DNA of 64,000 nucleotides from a virus: the IMG/VR virus record IMGVR_UViG_3300036800_000073, positions 1 through 64,000 of that record; one strand, 5' to 3'. Within the stretch, counting starts at the first letter, position 1; the number at the start of each line of letters is the position of its first letter. The notes under the pieces are model-generated. The model saw nothing but the letters and a program-made list of their open reading frames with translations, did not search any database and was not told where the DNA came from. The position numbers and the translations under genes were made by a program. Shown here piece after piece: positions 29,164 to 40,294 of this stretch.

Positions 29164-30682
29164 GGCAGCACGCTGAATCCCGCGCTCTTGGCATACTCAG
29201 TGGCGCTCTCTCGGTCATCGAGGTTCGAGATTTGGGTATTGCCGATGGACATACCGTCCTGATGCTTGACCCATTGTGAACCGCTCCAAGCGAAGGACGG
29301 ATGTTCAGCATTCACGATCACCCACCGGTTGAAGACAGTCTTGACTAGATGCACATTCGTCGTTCCTACGGTCGCGCGCACGATCTCGATCAGTTGGAAT
29401 CGAGCCAGGAAAATGCGCTGGCCATAAATATGTGCCTGGGTTTCGGCCTGCCGCCAGTAGGGTTCAAGTTTGTCGCGCGAGATCGACACCATGGGAATCA
29501 AGCCTGCCGGCACCATGCCTTGTTTCAAGCCGATCTCTCCGGAGCCGAATTCGTCGCGGCCCACCCATGCATAGAGTTCCAAGTTGCCCAGGTTCAATGT
29601 GAGCGGATTGCGGTCTGCATCGGTCAGATGGTCGGCGGGATCGTTCGTGAATCCCATCACGCCATAGCCCTCAATGGTGACTATATAGGTATGCTCCCAA
29701 CCGATCCGCCTGTCCGGTTCGCGCTGATATAAGTCGATGCGCAGGTCCGAGTCGGCAAACTGAAAGCTGTGCTGGTCCAGCAGCCAGCGGATGTGCTTGA
29801 GGAGTTGTTGGCGATTATCAAACTCGAACAGCGTCGCCATGGCTTCGTCCAGTCCGCCGCGGTGCTCGCGAAACAGTTTCTTCATTGAATGCCTCCGGTA
29901 CTCCACTGAACTTCAAGCGCCGCGCCCGTCACCAGGTCTTCGTATTGGCCCGCCTCGTTCATCACGAGCGCCAGAATCCCGAGGCACACCGCATCCCCTA
30001 TAGTGAATGGCTCGTCAGGCTGAATGGCGAGACTTTTGAGATTGTCGGAACCTAGAATAATTACGCCGTCAGTCGTCTGGCCGTTGACATGGATGGTGAC
30101 ACGCTGGCCGGTGATCATGATGTGCTCTCTAAGCGGTGTTGGAAAAAGAGTTGATGTGTATAGCGAATATGTTGGGCCAGTTCCAGCGCCACGATGTAGC
30201 CAGCGGCGCGATATTGTTTCAGCGCGTGCGTCACCAGCCCGTCGAGATCCTTGGCATCGATCAGGACGGCGCATTCCGGACACGCGGCCCATTCGTCTAT
30301 GCTGTGCAGCGTGCAGCCCTCTCCATGATAGGTGATGCCGATCTGCGCAGAGTCCGAATCGAAGCTGCGGCAGGGGTAGAAGCGCAACACGTCTGTCGAG
30401 GTACAGAAGTCGCATTGGCTCATGGTGCGTCACCGAGCCGATGCGCATCCGGCCAGATACGATAGACCTCGTCTTTGCTAAGAAGACGCTCGCGATCTTC
30501 CGAAGGCGGCAACTTATCCTCATGCTCAACTGCCATTGCATATACACTGCCGCCTGGATTGATCTTGAGTGCCCACGCTTCCCTCACCGCATCCGCGATG
30601 TCTGTCGCCCGGACCAAGGCGGCACCGAGAAACACTTCGTCGGCGAAGGACAGATACCACCAGCGGGTTGTGCCAATCGGTG

Positions 30683-32500
30683 TCACTGAGTGATTGCCTC
30701 CGCAAAATCTTTCGTGAGTTGAAGGATTCCCGAGCCTTGGATCAAGCAAAGTGTGCGTAGTCCGCTCAATGCATTGCGGAATGTGCTGACCGTCGCATCG
30801 ATCTCGGTTTCGAGCGCCAATTCTTCTTTGGTCATCGAGGTAAATGGATGACGGGCCAAGGCGATCAGCATCGTTCGCTCCGCTTTGGTGAGCCTGGCTT
30901 CCCAATAAGAGAGAAGGGCGTTGCCTGTGGGCAGAGATTCGTAAGGGCCGAGGACTTCCCGGCCTATAGGCGTTATCTCGAAAGGGCCGTTGCCGTCTCC
31001 GGTCATCCAATTCATGTTGCGGCATACGCTCAACGCATTGCGCATGGTGCTGACCGTGGGCGAGTATCCCGCATAGGCTGCGACCGTGCTCTTGAAGCTG
31101 GGACCGCGTTGAGCAAGCACAGTGAGGATCGAGCGTTGCGCCTTGTTCATTGTCTCGTTGCGCTCAACCGCCTCCAGTTTGTCCCGATGCGCGGAAGGGA
31201 GCGGCGCTGCCGTCTCTACCGCGGCCTTGATAGATTTTTGCGCCGTGCGGCTTAAAGGGGGAGGCGTCCAAGTGCTGTCATCGTTGATCGCGCCGCGGAA
31301 GTGTTGCAGCGTCTCTCTGGCTACTCTCATGTTCTCGTCGATGGCCACACGGAAGCCTTCGATTGTCTCACTGATAGAGCGCAGGCGCTGTAGGACGTGG
31401 TCGATCATGCGCGTGAATTGTTCCTGATAATGCTGGCGGTTAGCGATCATGATTCTATCGACTTCGGCTTGCTGCGCCGCCAACAGCGCCTCCCGATCAA
31501 TCGTCTCGCCACGATTCTTTATCCCGATTTCCAAGCTGACGCGGGCCAGCGCCAAATGTCGCTCTAACTCTGTTATCTTGTCACGCAGGACTTTTGGATT
31601 GTCGGCGTCGGCTTTCTCGATGACCTGTTGGAGATCCGCGCGAAGCTCCTCGACATCCATCGGCGTGAGCATCGCCGCTTTCCTCGTTTGCCCAACCTTG
31701 GGAGTTGCTGAGGCATCGAAAGTTGTCTTCTTATAAAAGTGGAAGCGGTCATAGATGCGAAGCCAGGATGGGGACCAGACGTAGCCTTCGCCCTGCGCTA
31801 GACCGGGGAGCTGGCCCACAAGGGCGCGATCCGCGCCCGCCTCCTGTACCCACGCCTCAAGAGCCTTGCGCTCATGTGTTCCGTTGACCTGGAGCACGAA
31901 GAGGCACTCCACTTGGGATAGAACCTCTTTGTTTATGCTCTGAGGACGCTGGGAAATCATAGTTGCGCCGATACCGTAATTACGGCCTAGGCGAATGATG
32001 TTCTCGAAAGCGCCCAGCATTCGCGCTTCGTCGGTCGCCACGCGCTGCGGCGCGAAGAGCTGCGCCTCTTCGACAAAGAGATGAACGGCCGATTTTTGCG
32101 ACTTCTTACGATGGAAGAATTCTTCGGCAAAGTCGGCGGCGAATCGCTTGCGCTCGCCTTGCCGGAAGCTGGAGATGTCGAGGATCACCGACACGGTCCT
32201 ATCGACCAGGAGCCGCGCGATCTTCGCACCGGCGTCGGGAAGGATGGGAACGTCGCCATGATCGCCGCCAATGATGAACACGTCCTTGCCTCGGCCCTTG
32301 CCGTCCTCGGCTACGCGGAGCCCATACCAGTTCCCTACCGGGTCGATCACGATGATTTGGGCGTGGTGATCGAGCATCTGCTCGGCGAGCAGCCCGGCCA
32401 GATAGGTCTTTCCGCTACCCTTCCGCCCGATGCAGCCAAATGTTTGCGTCACCGCATCCACGGGCGGCGTGAGGTTTTTTGCGAGCATCAGCTTGTCCAT
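30683..32500 (-). CDS. HerA/FtsK-like (DUF87) ATPase with two C-terminal winged-helix-like repeats
   Basis: Walker A GRKGSGKT, IDPVG, Walker B FVEEAQ, GRNYG, ISQRP; STMRNALS/STFRNALS repeats. Confidence 0.85.
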   Translation of the reverse strand: MDKLMLAKNLTPPVDAVTQTFGCIGRKGSGKTYLAGLLAEQMLDHHAQIIVIDPVGNWYGLRVAEDGKGRGKDVFIIGGDHGDVPILPDAGAKIARLLVDRTVSVILDISSFRQGERKRFAADFAEEFFHRKKSQKSAVHLFVEEAQLFAPQRVATDEARMLGAFENIIRLGRNYGIGATMISQRPQSINKEVLSQVECLFVLQVNGTHERKALEAWVQEAGADRALVGQLPGLAQGEGYVWSPSWLRIYDRFHFYKKTTFDASATPKVGQTRKAAMLTPMDVEELRADLQQVIEKADADNPKVLRDKITELERHLALARVSLEIGIKNRGETIDREALLAAQQAEVDRIMIANRQHYQEQFTRMIDHVLQRLRSISETIEGFRVAIDENMRVARETLQHFRGAINDDSTWTPPPLSRTAQKSIKAAVETAAPLPSAHRDKLEAVERNETMNKAQRSILTVLAQRGPSFKSTVAAYAGYSPTVSTMRNALSVCRNMNWMTGDGNGPFEITPIGREVLGPYESLPTGNALLSYWEARLTKAERTMLIALARHPFTSMTKEELALETEIDATVSTFRNALSGLRTLCLIQGSGILQLTKDFAEAITQ

Positions 32501-32505
32501 AATCT

Positions 32506-33066
32506 TTATTGACCATCCCATCCGCGCACGGCGATCTCCATCGGTCCGCGATGCTCATGAAGCATCTCGCCGGTCGCCAGGATTGGTTCGAGGCCGCAGA
32601 GTTGACGCTTGGCCTTGCGATCATGCAGCACAACGTTGATCGCCGCCGCTAGATTGAGGCAATGATGCGCTTGGATATGCACGAAGCGATGGCACAAGCG
32701 GCGGTAGACCTGGGGCACGCCTCCATCCTCCGGCCCAAATATATACAGGGCACGGTCTGGATGCGCGAACGTGGTCAGCGGCTCGGAGTTCTCCAGCAGC
32801 TCCACGCATACCGGGATCATGTCGCTGCGGAAGTGATCGAAGGGTCGCTCATGGTGCGACCAGCTTACGTCGCGGTAGCCTTTCATGCGTTCTTCGCGGG
32901 GCAAACGATCGAGAGGGCCCGGATCGACGCGGGCTCCGGTCCAGATCAGCCGGGATATGCCGAAGCAAGAGGCCGCGCGGATCGCCGCCGCGAGGTTGTG
33001 ACTGTATTTCGGATTGATAAGGACCAGGCCAGGGCCGGCACTGATCTCAGCCTTGAGATTTTTCAT
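32506..33066 (-). CDS. SpoU/TrmH-family (SPOUT) RNA methyltransferase
   Basis: NPKYSHNL...RAA..FG, IFGPEDGG, CLNLAAA..VVLHDR. Confidence 0.88.
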   Translation of the reverse strand: MKNLKAEISAGPGLVLINPKYSHNLAAAIRAASCFGISRLIWTGARVDPGPLDRLPREERMKGYRDVSWSHHERPFDHFRSDMIPVCVELLENSEPLTTFAHPDRALYIFGPEDGGVPQVYRRLCHRFVHIQAHHCLNLAAAINVVLHDRKAKRQLCGLEPILATGEMLHEHRGPMEIAVRGWDGQ

Positions 33067-34504
33067 GTTTTTACCTGCCATTTCGGATCGGTGAACCACT
33101 CCGATAACAGGAACGCCACCGCCGCCTCTTTGTGTTCGTGCTTCGGCTCAAAACTGCCCATGATGCAGCGGATGTGACGCAGTGCCTTAACCTTGTCTAC
33201 ACCGTCCTTAGGCGTCAATTCGAGAGAGGTTAGACCGTTAAAGAACCAGTCATTGAACAATTGATTCCAAGGTGACCCCGGAGTTCCCTTCGGTATCTGC
33301 TCCATCGGCGGCATCAGGTGCATAACCTTGGTTGGGAATACGAGGTCGACATCCGATATTTCATGAATTGGAAACACGATCATCCTTTCCCGCCAGCGGT
33401 CGTTTCAGAAATTCAACATAGCGCAGCAAGGCGAATTGAACGATCCCATCGAGAGTGTCTATCTCATCGTTGCCGGCCAAATGCTCGGCAATACAAGTGA
33501 GAATCTGAGGGCCGTTGATATGCAGCCGCTCTCGATACGGTTTGAGTGGACGAGACTTCGGTGCTTTAGCGATCATGGGCAACCTCGAACCTATCCGCGT
33601 CGTCACACCCTTTGCCGAACGCTTCTTCTCGCCGCAGTTTAATCTGCAACCGCCCCTCTTCTGCGCTGATGCCGCGCACAGAAATGGTGTGAGGAAAGCA
33701 CAAGCTCGACTGCAATAGACCGCATGACTTGTTGGGGCAACCCGGCCAGCGACAATCAGGCCACGCATCAAACGCCTCTCGCGTTGGCAATCCATCTGGA
33801 CCACATTCAACCCACTCATGCTCCGGCTTAATCGTCACATTTCTCATTGCTTCCATCGCTCCACAACGGCAGCGTGTTTCTGGCCGACCAGCGCGCATGG
33901 TCATCACAGCCTCTCATTCGGATGCCGCATAATGCGAACCATGACCGGTTTGTTGCACACCGGGCAGACGCGCTGCTCTTTAGCCTCGCGGCGCTCAGGC
34001 AAATGGTCGAGGAAGCGTGCGAACACATGGCCGCACAGCGGGCATTCCCTAGTCGTAACCACGGAGTCCATCAGCTTCCTCGCACTTTGCGCGGCAATAC
34101 ATCGGCGATGGCCTGTATCTGCTGTGCGGTCAGCCCAAACAGGCTGAGATTGTAAGTATTGTCGAGCCGGGAGAAATCAAACCCACGCCCGCCGAAGAAT
34201 CCTCGCGGGCCGAACCGTTTGCGGAGCGCAGCCTCTTCCTTATCAAGCCGCGCTTCGCGAACTGCAGCCTTGGCTTGTTGGCGAGCAAACGTGGCAATCT
34301 CCTTGTCGGTTGCTATGCCGACGATGTGGCTGTATGAATTTCCGATCTCGTAGCCATTCTGCCGGTAGTAACGAGATGTTGGTTCGCGGGCGAGAAAGAT
34401 TTGGGTCTTAGTGATCCGCCCGATTTCGGCGTGACGCTTGAGTTGCACGCCTAATCTCTTAAACTCAATCCACACCTTATCGCCGGGTTTGATCGCCTCG
34501 AAGT

Positions 34505-34720
34505 TCATTTCTTAGCTGCTTTCGTTTTTGCCCAGCGCCGTCTCGCCGCGTCCCCGATGGCTTTGCGGCCTGCCGCGCTGAGACGATGGTGTTTCTTTGG
34601 TATATCTTGGCTGGAAGCCTGGCCGAGATATGCGCGGAGGCCGGTGGCCACGGTTTGAAGTTGGACGATCTTTCCTTCGACCGCCGCCAATGCTCCCGCT
34701 ATCGAGCCGTGCTGTTTCAT
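34505..34720 (-). CDS. Small basic, putative DNA-binding protein
   Basis: LSAAGRKAIGDAARRRWAK tail. Confidence 0.6.
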   Translation of the reverse strand: MKQHGSIAGALAAVEGKIVQLQTVATGLRAYLGQASSQDIPKKHHRLSAAGRKAIGDAARRRWAKTKAAKK

Positions 34721-34732
34721 TCAGTGCTCCTT

Positions 34733-35173
34733 TTAGGATTTGGCTTTGAGGATTGATAATGCCGTGGTATAACGGACGATTCGCTCGGCGTTCTCCATTG
34801 GCAAGGTCTGTGGTCGCATGGGGTCGAGGTTGTCTTGGAGATCGGCGATCTTCACCAGTCTGGCAGCAGCGTTGGTCGCAAGGCGAGGCAAATAGCTTTG
34901 CAGATAACTCTCGTTCTCGCGCCGGGTGAGCGCGTCCACTGCGGCGGCGATGGTGTCGCCGAATTCGGACGCTATATCCTCGACGGTGATTGTGCTGTCT
35001 TCCACTACATCGTGCAGCAGGGCGATGGCGAATAACTCATCGTTGGCAACGCTCGGCTCACGGGCTATAACGCGCATGGCCACGCGCAGGACATGGAGGA
35101 TGTAGGGACGGCCGGCTTTATCAGTTTGGTCGGCATGAGCGTGGACGGCCATCTCCAATGCTTGTTCGATCAT
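34733..35173 (-). CDS. HD-domain protein, Mesh1/small alarmone hydrolase-like
   Basis: AHADQTDKAGRPYILH, LLHDVVED, VKIADLQDN. Confidence 0.88.
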   Translation of the reverse strand: MIEQALEMAVHAHADQTDKAGRPYILHVLRVAMRVIAREPSVANDELFAIALLHDVVEDSTITVEDIASEFGDTIAAAVDALTRRENESYLQSYLPRLATNAAARLVKIADLQDNLDPMRPQTLPMENAERIVRYTTALSILKAKS

Positions 35174-35649
35174 GTTGTCTCTCTTGTGGCTTCGTGCTCC
35201 TGCTCCCAGCGTTGGGCGGTGTCGAGGTTTGTTTGTAGAGCATTGAGCAGGCTGGTAGCTTCCGCCTTGGTCATAATGATTGGGAGTCGCTGCCCGTGAA
35301 TCGTCTCCCGGAATGTGAGGCAGATGATTGGAGCAGCTTCGCCGCGCTGCTCCGCGCTTACCGTGGCTCTGGCCTGGATGTACTGTTCGGTTCGGTTGCT
35401 GCGAAACTTAGACCACATTCTCATGCGGTTTCGGCCTCCCCGGTCCGGATAGATGACCTTATAGCGCATGTGGCCGTTGCGCACGATCTCGAATTTGCGC
35501 CCGTCGCTGAATCCTTTGCGCAGCGAACGATAGATCACCCCGGTCTTGATTCCGAGCTGGCGCGATGCCGCCAGCTTCGAGCCGGTATTGTCGATAGCGT
35601 CGAGGATCGCGGCGAGCATGATGTCACTCAGCAGTGCGGCGGGTTTCAT
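35170..35649 (-). CDS. Protein with N-terminal Fis-like HTH
   Basis: AILDAIDNTGSKLAASRQLGIKTGVIYRSL. Confidence 0.55.
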   Translation of the reverse strand: MKPAALLSDIMLAAILDAIDNTGSKLAASRQLGIKTGVIYRSLRKGFSDGRKFEIVRNGHMRYKVIYPDRGGRNRMRMWSKFRSNRTEQYIQARATVSAEQRGEAAPIICLTFRETIHGQRLPIIMTKAEATSLLNALQTNLDTAQRWEQEHEATRETT

Positions 35650-35857
35650 ATCTCACCTTCTTTGCCAGTTTGCGGACCTCGGCCTCCGTCAATGTAAACA
35701 CCGCTTCTACTTTTTGGCCATAGATTCTGATGGAAGAAGGCCGGAACGAAACCGGGGGAGACGGTCGCGATGTGATGGAACCCCGGCAGTCGCGTGGGCT
35801 CAGATCCAAGCACCACGCGATCTCCGGCTTTGAGTTTCAGTCTCTCCATGGGTTTCC

Positions 35858-36793
35858 TCAGCGGCCTTTCTTAGGAGCCTTGGGAGCCGGAACGAGCTTA
35901 CGGTAGGCCCGGAGTGAGGAGAGGAGCGACTTTTCTGCCTTGTCGGTTGCATCCTCGGTCCAGACTTCAATCGCCAGTGCCATCGTCTCGGCAGCAGCCA
36001 GCGCCACGTCGGTTGCCTGTTTCTTGGCGGCGGCAGGACCAGGTTCTTTGGGGCGCTTGACTTCCTTCTTCCCAGCCGCCTTCGCCTTGGCTGCGGCCTC
36101 GCGCAACTTCGTTGGAGCTTCACTGCGGCTTTTGCGGACTTCCTGAATCGCGGTCGCCGGGGAAACCTTGATGCCCTCGATGCCGTGCTTCACGATTTCC
36201 TTGACTTCGAGTGGAGCCTGGTGGAGTTCGACCGCATCCTTCGTGTAGCGTACCGCGGTCTTGAGATTGCGCTGTTCCTCGGGGCTGCGTGGCGCTGCCG
36301 GTTCATCGTCCTCGGCCTCGGTAGGACCAGGACCAGAGGTTGGCGGAGCGAAGCCCAGGTGTGGCGCGATGTGCGCGGCTACCTTTTCAATCGGCCAGCC
36401 AAAAGCCATGAGGCGCTGAGCCACGCCGCCGAGTTCCAGTTGGCTGAGCGGGAGCCCATTGTTCGCGATCAGGCTTTTGGCCAGTATCGCCTTCTCGTCG
36501 CCGGTGTAGCTGATCGCGGGAACGTATACCTTGACGCCTTCGTCCCATAACTGACGGCAAGCGAGGAGGCGGCACTCGCCGTCGATCAGAAAGAGTTTGT
36601 CGCCGTCGTTCTCGACGAAGATAGGCTCGTCGACGCCACGGGATGCGATGGATGTCTTGAGCCAAGCGATGTGTGCTTTGGCCTCAGGTGTGGTCGTGTC
36701 GCGCGGATTGAAGCTGGGTTTGATGGTGATCTTGCGGGGGTCGATTCCATACGCCTCCCACATCTTGCTGCCCTGTTCCCTCAGTCTCGCCAT
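35858..36793 (-). CDS. ParB/Srx-domain protein
   Basis: FNPR, SIASRGVDEPI, LIDGECRL; HTH-like middle region. Confidence 0.82.
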   Translation of the reverse strand: MARLREQGSKMWEAYGIDPRKITIKPSFNPRDTTTPEAKAHIAWLKTSIASRGVDEPIFVENDGDKLFLIDGECRLLACRQLWDEGVKVYVPAISYTGDEKAILAKSLIANNGLPLSQLELGGVAQRLMAFGWPIEKVAAHIAPHLGFAPPTSGPGPTEAEDDEPAAPRSPEEQRNLKTAVRYTKDAVELHQAPLEVKEIVKHGIEGIKVSPATAIQEVRKSRSEAPTKLREAAAKAKAAGKKEVKRPKEPGPAAAKKQATDVALAAAETMALAIEVWTEDATDKAEKSLLSSLRAYRKLVPAPKAPKKGR

Positions 36794-36817
36794 AATGATT
36801 ATCTTCCTCTGTATTAA

Positions 36818-36847
36818 ATAATACTACCTCACAATGATGTATGTCAA
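36818..36847 (-). promoter_or_regulatory. Leftward sigma70-type promoter for the parB operon
   Basis: TTGACA-18 nt-TATTAT on the minus strand. Confidence 0.6.
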
Positions 36848-36959
36848 TATCGGTTATTGCATTTTGGTTTAGATCGTGATCGAATACATCGAATATGGGA
36901 ATCAAACTAGACAACAGCCGCTTGTCAATCTGGTCCGTGTAGATGTTAGATTTGACGAC

Positions 36960-37193
36960 ATGACCCGCGTGTCTATTTGGAGGATCGTGGAAGAGGGCGA
37001 CCCCACCCCGGCGTGGACCGGGCATGTCCCGTATGAATGCCCCAACTGCGGCACGGAATCCCAACTGCCGATCAGTGGCCGGTTGCTGGCGCAGTTAGGC
37101 AGTGGCAGTTTTGTTTTCGGGAGAGGGCAGATGGGGATTCCAAAAACGATTGAATGTCGCTATTGCCGGAAACGGTATGGGAGAGGCGACTGA
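36960..37193 (+). CDS. Small zinc-ribbon protein
   Basis: CPNC...CRYC; stop overlaps the initiator start. Confidence 0.6.
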   Translation: MTRVSIWRIVEEGDPTPAWTGHVPYECPNCGTESQLPISGRLLAQLGSGSFVFGRGQMGIPKTIECRYCRKRYGRGD

Positions 37194-38464
37194 TGGGATA
37201 CGGGAAATTCTTTTCCTCGACCTTCACCGGCTCCATGTATGGGGCGAGCACGGATGTGTTCGCGGTGTGGGGATACATCATCGCCAACACGGTAGACTCC
37301 ACTGTGGAGCTGAATCCGAAGTCCCTGGCCAACATTTTTTCGGCAACCGAGCAGCGGATGCAGATCGCTATCGATTACCTCTGCGAACCCGATCCGCGTA
37401 GCCGCATCTCCGACAATGAAGGTAGGCGGCTGATCCGTGAAGGCGAATATCAGTATCATGTCGTCACTCATCAGCACTACCGCGCTATCCGAAACGAGGA
37501 TGACCGGCGCGAGTACAACCGCCTGAAAATGCAGGAGTCGAGGGCGCGCAGGAGTAAGAAAATAGATGAGATAACGAAAGATAAAGAGAAATCAGACAAG
37601 CCAAAAAAAAAAGCTGATCCTGTCCCGTCAAAGCCTGTTACCGATGATTGTCAATCACAGTCAATGACGGTGATTGACAATCAATCACAGTTACCAATGT
37701 CAATAGTGTGTGCCCAACCAGAAGCAGAGACAGAAGCATACACAGAAACACACGCACCGACCGGCCGGCCGGAACCGGTGAAACCTTATCAGTCAATCAC
37801 TGTCATTGACGGTCAATCACTGTCAATCACTGTCATTGACGGTCAATCACTGTCAATCACTGTCATTGACATGGTGTTAGAAGCACTGGCTTCCCTCGAT
37901 GGAACCCGGCAGGATGCACAACAAATCATGAAAGACTGTCGCGAAGCCAAACGGAAAGGCGGCGGGCAGGAGTTGGAGATAGAAGAAGTTCTGTACCTGG
38001 TGGAGAAATATGTCGCCCATGCCCGTGATCCGAAGCAAGGCATCCAGAAGCCGATGGGGTATGTGATCACCATGGTTCCCCGCGCCATCGGAGGACGAGG
38101 ATATCTGTTCGCCAAGGAAGCGAATCGCCGCGCTCAAGAGCAGCGAGACATGCAGGGCGATCAGGAGCGGATCGAAGCCGATTGGCGGGATCGCAGCCCT
38201 ATTGCCCAGGTGCTCGCCGATACGATCTGGCATGGCGTGTTGAATGAGTTGCGCAAAATTATAATTCGGCAATCGTTCGAAACTTGGATCAAGCCAACCC
38301 AAGCCTGCGATGTCCTTGATCAGATCCTCTACATCCGCGTTCCCTCCCCTGAATTCCGGCAAATCGGGGAAATGTTCAGCGAACAGATACAGGCCGTGGT
38401 CTCCGCTCTGCGTCCGCGCATCGAAAGCGTGCGCTTCGTTGTCACCGCTACGGAGGTCCCATGA
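37193..38464 (+). CDS. Phage replication initiator with C-terminal DnaA N-terminal-like domain
   Basis: N-terminal wHTH-like region, internal iterons, C-terminal W..VL.EL....SFETWIKP..L.I.VPS.EF. Confidence 0.8.
   Translation: MGYGKFFSSTFTGSMYGASTDVFAVWGYIIANTVDSTVELNPKSLANIFSATEQRMQIAIDYLCEPDPRSRISDNEGRRLIREGEYQYHVVTHQHYRAIRNEDDRREYNRLKMQESRARRSKKIDEITKDKEKSDKPKKKADPVPSKPVTDDCQSQSMTVIDNQSQLPMSIVCAQPEAETEAYTETHAPTGRPEPVKPYQSITVIDGQSLSITVIDGQSLSITVIDMVLEALASLDGTRQDAQQIMKDCREAKRKGGGQELEIEEVLYLVEKYVAHARDPKQGIQKPMGYVITMVPRAIGGRGYLFAKEANRRAQEQRDMQGDQERIEADWRDRSPIAQVLADTIWHGVLNELRKIIIRQSFETWIKPTQACDVLDQILYIRVPSPEFRQIGEMFSEQIQAVVSALRPRIESVRFVVTATEVP
37649..37870 (+). repeat. Iteron arrays (10-bp units, consensus nGTCAWTSAC), probable replication origin
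   Basis: Four units at 37649-37688 and eight at 37791-37870 (30-bp higher-order repeat); A-rich tract at ~37553-37612. Confidence 0.85.
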
Positions 38465-39084
38465 AAATCCGGCCAATAATCTTTACCAATCATGTGCCGG
38501 AGATTCCGGCTGGCAGCAAGACGCAAACGCGGCGCGTGATCGTGCCGCAACCGCTCCATTGGAGCGATGTGAAGCGCGAGCCATATTCTCGCGATGACCA
38601 GCTGGGAATCTGGAGCCCACTGTCGGACAATTCAGAGAATCGTAAGTGCCGATATGGAGTCGTCGGTGACCGCCTGTGGGTCAAAGAAGCGTATCGCGGG
38701 CGGGCCTTCCAAGGCCAACCAATGAGGTATACCTATCGCGCCGACTTCCCTGCCGATAATCCCGCGCAACGCTGGGAGTGGTGGAATGCCATGTTCATGC
38801 CTCGCGAGGCCAGCCGGCTCGTGCTGGAAATTACCGAGCTTCGCGCCCAGCGCCTACAGGAGATCAGCGAAGAGGACGCCCGAGCAGAAGGTATTGTGGA
38901 ACCGCAGCCAGCGCACGGTGCCTGGTGCGATCCGGCCAAGGGCCGCGAGGGTCACTGGAGTTATCGCAAGCCGTTCTGTGGATTGTGGGACTCGATCAAC
39001 GCTAAGCGCGCCCCGAAAGGTGCATTCGCTTGGGACAACAATCCGTGGGTTTGGGCTATTACGTTCCGGCTGGTGCTGCAATGA
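38461..39084 (+). CDS. ASCH/PUA-like phage protein
   Basis: GSKTQTRR, GDRLWVKE, MFMPR.ASR, RLQEISEEDARAEG, NPWVW. Confidence 0.75.
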   Translation: MKIRPIIFTNHVPEIPAGSKTQTRRVIVPQPLHWSDVKREPYSRDDQLGIWSPLSDNSENRKCRYGVVGDRLWVKEAYRGRAFQGQPMRYTYRADFPADNPAQRWEWWNAMFMPREASRLVLEITELRAQRLQEISEEDARAEGIVEPQPAHGAWCDPAKGREGHWSYRKPFCGLWDSINAKRAPKGAFAWDNNPWVWAITFRLVLQ

Positions 39085-39718
39085 TGACCGCCGCAATGAC
39101 GACCATCCCCGAGTTATTCCTGTCGCTGTGGGCCATCTATGATCATCCCTCAGACTACCCGGACAAGTACGTGATGCGGCGCTGGAATTTGTACCGAGGC
39201 GATGACACGTCCTATGCCACCGAGGAGATGGCGCTGGCGGATACACTGCATGGAATCCGCTGCAAGGTTCCACCTGGGCTCGCTTGCCTGCCGCGTTTCG
39301 TCGGTGACGATCCATCTATCGTGGAGGTCTGGATATGACGCCCGGCGAGGTTTGTCTCATCTTCGATACGACGGAGCTTAGTTCGGATATTGCGCGCATC
39401 CTGATTGGGGAGTTGTCACTCCCTATCGTTTCAGCCATTCGATTGAAATGCGGCGATTTTGAGTATGATGAAATCATTTATCTTGAGGATGAACATGAAT
39501 GATCTTCCTCTTCCCACCAATTGTGAGTTATGTAAAACCGGCGAGCAGATTGGCGAGACACCGGCGACACACTCTCATGAGGCGTTGTTTCTCCTTGCCC
39601 GTTGCCATGCCAGCGCCGCGACCAAGGCCGTACTTGCTGGCGATGTTCTGACCATCCAATGCGCCCGATGTGGAAAGATCGTCGTGCGGCTCCGAGTGAC
39701 CGGTATAGTGCCGAACAA

Positions 39719-40165
39719 ATGAAAATCACCAAAGGCCAACGCGAGGCACTGCGAGGAATGTTCGGAGGCAAGTGCGCCTACTGCGGCTGCGAGCTGCCAG
39801 CAAATGGCTGGCACGCGGATCATGTCAAGCCGGTGCTCTATGGCTCGAAGTGGCGTAAAGCTAGCTATGACGGAACCCGCTATATTCCTTCGGGATTCGT
39901 GAACGATGGAACGGTACTGCGGCCGGAGAACGACACCATTGAGAATATGTTTCCCGCCTGCCGAGCGTGCAACATCAACAAGTCGGGGATGCCCCTGGAG
40001 ATGTGGCGCGAGTTCTTGACCGAGGGACCCGTATCGTTGGCATCGTACAACGGGCGCTTCAGGCACATGCTGCGATTCGGAATCGTGACCGTGAACCCAC
40101 AGCCGTTCACATTCTGGTTTGAGCGATATAACTGTGAAGCGCAGGATGGTCCGCGCAGTGTCTAG
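39719..40165 (+). CDS. HNH endonuclease
   Basis: CAYCG, ADH, N.FPACRACN..K. Confidence 0.85.
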   Translation: MKITKGQREALRGMFGGKCAYCGCELPANGWHADHVKPVLYGSKWRKASYDGTRYIPSGFVNDGTVLRPENDTIENMFPACRACNINKSGMPLEMWREFLTEGPVSLASYNGRFRHMLRFGIVTVNPQPFTFWFERYNCEAQDGPRSV

Positions 40166-40259
40166 CCTGCGGAGTTTGCAAATACCTCATTCTCTTAGAG
40201 ATCGCAAGTTACCTGCAGAACAGCCGTTGTTCAGATGGAAAAATGTGGAAATGAGTTGC

Positions 40260-40288
40260 TTGCATCCGGACGATTCTATGTATAGAGT
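40260..40288 (+). promoter_or_regulatory. Sigma70-type promoter
   Basis: TTGCAT-17 nt-TAGAGT. Confidence 0.55.
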
Positions 40289-40294
40289 AAACAC

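Noticed and set aside
37791-37870. CRISPR array
   Set aside because: Contiguous 10/30-bp tandem units with no unique spacers, inside a replication gene, and no cas genes; these are iterons.
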